This document shows, in pieces, positions 59,896 to 64,000 of a DNA stretch of 64,000 nucleotides (position 1 is the stretch's first letter; the number at the start of each line of letters is the position of its first letter). The notes beneath the pieces are model-generated. The model searched no databases. It was not told the origin of the DNA and saw only the letters and a list, made by a program, of their open reading frames with translations. Position numbers and translations under genes: made by a program. The stretch spans positions 9,300,001 through 9,364,000 of the forward strand of contig OZ024761.1 in assembly GCA_964016885.1 (NCBI GenBank). The letters run 5' to 3'. Source of the stretch: Eledone cirrhosa (taxonomy: Eukaryota).

Positions 59896-60242
59896 CCACA
59901 TACAAACACACACACTCACACACACACACATATGCTCAGGTGCAGTGAACAGCGACACTATTATTGACAAATGAGCTATTTAAAAATTAGTACAGTTTTG
60001 AACAGCATACTTGTTCGTTCCCAATCAAATATATCAATGTTCTATAAATGGAAAAAATAAACAGACGAGAAGACTTCAGCGAATACACAAGATGGCAGCA
60101 GATATATAATTGAAGCAGACGACACCCTGATAGAATGCCTGTCCCATCCCGCAATAGGAAATAAAAATGTAACAAACAGACGATAGAGATTTATAGAGTT
60201 GATATACAGAAATAGACGAACTAGTCTGTCATGATTGAGACT

Positions 60243-60530
60243 GGTGGAGACGCGCCGCTTAGTGGTAAGTGTGTTGGACGTACGATCATAATGCTGTGGG
60301 TTCGATTCCTAGACTGGGTTGCGTGTTGTGTTCTTGAGCAAAACACTTCATTTTACGTTGCACCAGTATACTCAGCTAAAAATGAGTATCAGCATTAGCT
60401 GGGGGTGGGTTGAGCTTGCGATAGACTGGCGTCCTGTGCAGTAGGAAGAGAGTCTTGTACTTTCAGTCGCTTCATGCCACAGAAATGGGGATAAACGCCA
60501 GCCATTGGAGCCTTCAGTATCGAGACAGAA
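60243..60530 (+). mobile_element. tRNA-derived SINE family 3 (monomer of the 104-bp array)
   Basis: cttagtggtaag...GGTTCGATTCC...gttcttgagcaaaacactt...tactcagct.aaaatgagta. Confidence 0.8.
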
Positions 60531-60696
60531 TTTAGATGATTGAACCAACGTAAAATGATCAGGTTTGAAAGGTCTGTAGCTTCGGTAAAATTTCGAAATA
60601 AAGAGAGAATTTCTCTTGGTGGCAGAAACTAAAATTGGACGAAAGAGCTGACCCGGGATAGTAGCCCGATTTATACGGTTATTTTATAGTAAGGAA

Positions 60697-60908
60697 CGAT
60701 CGACTTTTCGTCAAATCGGACCGAGGGAACAATGTTTCCGTTGGTCTTTCCAATTGCTAATACTATCTATCGGTCGCAACTCCAGGTAGAAGGAGCAACG
60801 TGAAATAAAGTGTCTTGCTCAAGGACATAACGCATCGCCTGGTCCAGGAATCGAACTCACACCCTTACGATTGCGAATCCAATTCTCTAACCACTCAGCC
60901 ACACGCCT
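60697..60908 (-). mobile_element. tRNA-derived SINE family 2
   Basis: Near-identical to 5596-5808; A box TGGCTGAGTGG, B box GAGTTCGATTCC. Confidence 0.85.
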
Positions 60909-61157
60909 TCACTTTATAGTAAATATATTTGAAATATTTTTTTTTTGTAAATGTATCAGTTATATTACCATATTGTTAATATACTATGACAGCCACAACG
61001 TCGAGTGTTCACGCCTGATTGCATGAAGTTGGTCGATTGGTTCGATCAACAAACACTGATTACCAGTAACGGGGGTCGATAAAATAAAGTACCAGTAATA
61101 CACTGGGATAATTGCTGGCCATGTGCCAAAAGTAGAAACAATTATATATATATATAT

Positions 61158-61205
61158 AATAGCCGTCGAAACGGCTTGAGCTCTGCCGTTGGGGTCATAC
61201 CTTTT

Positions 61206-61252
<47 letters not shown>

Positions 61253-61615
61253 ATGTGTGTGTGTGTGTGTGTATACACACACACACATATATATATGTAT
61301 ATATATACAAACATATAAATATATATATATATATGTATATATATATACAAACATATAAATATATATATATATATCTATCTATATATTTATATATAAATAT
61401 ATATATACATATATATTTATATATAATTATATATATATTTATAACGAAGGAATTGTGGTAAGGAACCAGATGGTCCATAACGCACCAGAGTACTCAATAC
61501 TTAGGGTAGTAGAGTGGGTCATAGGAAAAAGTATGACCCCGACGGCAGAGCTCAAGCCGTTTCGACGGCTATTTCTGGACTAAATTAGAATTTTTAGCCC
61601 GGGGTCATCCTTTTT

Positions 61616-61619
<4 letters not shown>
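61158..61619 (-). mobile_element. Family A: single arm (61158-61209) and near-complete copy (61443-61619)
   Basis: Same arm and tail sequences, separated by TA/TG microsatellite. Confidence 0.8.
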
Positions 61620-61663
<44 letters not shown>

Positions 61664-61666
<3 letters not shown>

Positions 61667-62060
61667 CGTTTCTGAATTTATTTAGCAAGATTCTTTATCT
61701 GAAATCGCGTGTTGAAACCGATATTGTTATACTTTCGGATGTGGCGCATGCGCAGACTGAGCACACAACACACACACAGAAACAAAATGGCGTAGGACAG
61801 AACAAAGGAGAGGCACAGAAACAAAGAAAGGAATCCCCAGTCACTGAAGAGGTCACAGAGTGTGTGACGAAAGAACTATGACTATATATAAACAACTATC
61901 TGGTTGTGGAACCAACCAACCAACCAACCAGAAATTTATAAATTTATAAATTTATAAATTTATAGGTTTATAAATTTATAAATATATAATAAATTGAAGT
62001 GAAAGCAACTGGTGCGTGTGTTTCTTATTGGCAACATGACCCTCCCAAAGTGTAACAATA
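61664..62060 (+). mobile_element. Family C hammerhead element
   Basis: Reverse complement of segments of 53351-53676, flanked by (TA)n. Confidence 0.75.
61839..61883 (+). ncRNA. Minimal hammerhead (family C)
   Basis: AGTCA CTGAAGA G GTCACA-GAGTG-TGTGAC GAA AGAACT A TGACT. Confidence 0.8.
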
Positions 62061-62075
62061 TATGTATATATATAT

Positions 62076-62147
<72 letters not shown>

Positions 62148-62574
62148 CATACATATATATACATATATATATATATATACATACATATATATATATATAC
62201 ATAAATATATATATATACATAAATATATATATATACATACATATATATATACATACATATATATATATATATATACATACATATATATATATATACATAC
62301 ATATATATATATATATACATACATATATATATATATATACATACATATATATATATATACATACATATATATATATATATATACATACATATATATATAT
62401 ATACATACATATATATATATATATACATACATATATATATATATATACATACATATATATATATATATACATACATATATATATATAACATACATATATA
62501 TATATATATATACATATATACATATAAATATGCATATATACATATATATATACATACATATATATATACATACA

Positions 62575-62630
<56 letters not shown>

Positions 62631-62697
62631 CATACATATATATATATATACATACATATATATATATATATATATACATATATACATATATATATAC

Positions 62698-62730
<33 letters not shown>

Positions 62731-62783
62731 CATATATACATATATATATACATACATATATATATATATATATACATATATAC

Positions 62784-62834
<51 letters not shown>

Positions 62835-62859
62835 CATATATACATATATATATACATAC

Positions 62860-62894
<35 letters not shown>

Positions 62895-63230
62895 CATATA
62901 TACATATATATATACATACATATATATACATATATACATATATATATACATACATATATACATATATACATATATATATACATACATACATATACATATA
63001 TATACATACATACATATACATATATATATATATATATATATCATACATACATATATATATATATATACATACATACATATATATATATATACATACATAC
63101 ATATATATATACATACATATATACATACATATATATATACATACATACATATATATATACATACATACATACATATATATACATACATACATACATATAT
63201 ATACATACATACATACATATATATACATAC

Positions 63231-63264
<34 letters not shown>

Positions 63265-63526
63265 ATATATATACATACATATATATATATATATACATAC
63301 ATACATATATATATACATACATATATATATATATACATACATACATATATATATACATACATATATATATATACATACATACATATATACATACATACAT
63401 ATATATATATATACATACATACATATATATATATATATACATACATATATATATACATACATACATATATATATATATATACATACATACATATATATAT
63501 ATATATACATACATATATATATATAC

Positions 63527-63559
<33 letters not shown>

Positions 63560-63644
63560 CATACATACATATATATATATACATACATACATATATATAT
63601 ATATATACATACATACATATATATATATACATATATATGCTTGT

Positions 63645-64000
63645 GTCTTGAAGGCGTGTCAACACCAACTTGCATCTCCTCTTGCCAATCTGTGGCGGAA
63701 CTCACTGGATGCTGGATATGTGCCAGAAAACCTTCTATCCCAGTCTGTTGTCCCAGTTTTCAAAAAGGGAAACAAATCCCTTGCCGTGAATTACCGTCCA
63801 ATCTCACTCACCTCTCATATCATTAAGGTATTTGAGAGAGTGGTGAGATCGCGAATGACCCACTTCCTTGAGAGTAACAATATGCTGAACTCCAACCAGC
63901 ATGGATTCCGTAATGGAAGGGATTGCCTGACGCAGCTACTGCATCACTTTGATGACACTTTGAGAGCCTTGGGAGAGGGTTCCAACACTGATGTTATCTA
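63645..64000 (+). mobile_element. CR1/Jockey-group LINE reverse transcriptase, 5'-truncated, runs off window
   Basis: Open frame [24 protein letters not shown]...[31 protein letters not shown]...[16 protein letters not shown]...TDVI. Confidence 0.9.

Overview
AT-rich eukaryotic (animal) genomic DNA, most consistent with a cephalopod such as Octopus. This assignment is inferred from the huge (TA)n/(TACA)n tracts and the tRNA-SINE content. One complete protein-coding gene can be assembled by hand on the minus strand: 4 coding exons (49988-49859, 28793-28662, 27223-27110, 23274-23081), all introns phase 1 GT-AG, 189 aa. It encodes a secreted LDLa-domain prohormone-4 / IDLSRF-like neuropeptide precursor, and the ORF track catches only its last exon. 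The rest is repeats: tRNA-derived SINEs, decayed R4/Dong, CR1-group, RTE and Tx1 LINEs, Tc1/mariner and hAT relics, and several satellites. The most striking signal is a set of at least six unrelated short non-coding element families, all embedded in (TA)n. Across the window there are about 15 minimal type I hammerhead ribozyme motifs of the Penelope-like-element type, including a U3-A8 compensatory core variant. Many copies form fold-back palindromes whose turning point sits at a fixed, initiator-like 5' end. This suggests non-autonomous Penelope/retrozyme-like RNAs that make a new hairpin at each insertion. All calls are by eye; no database search or folding program was run.
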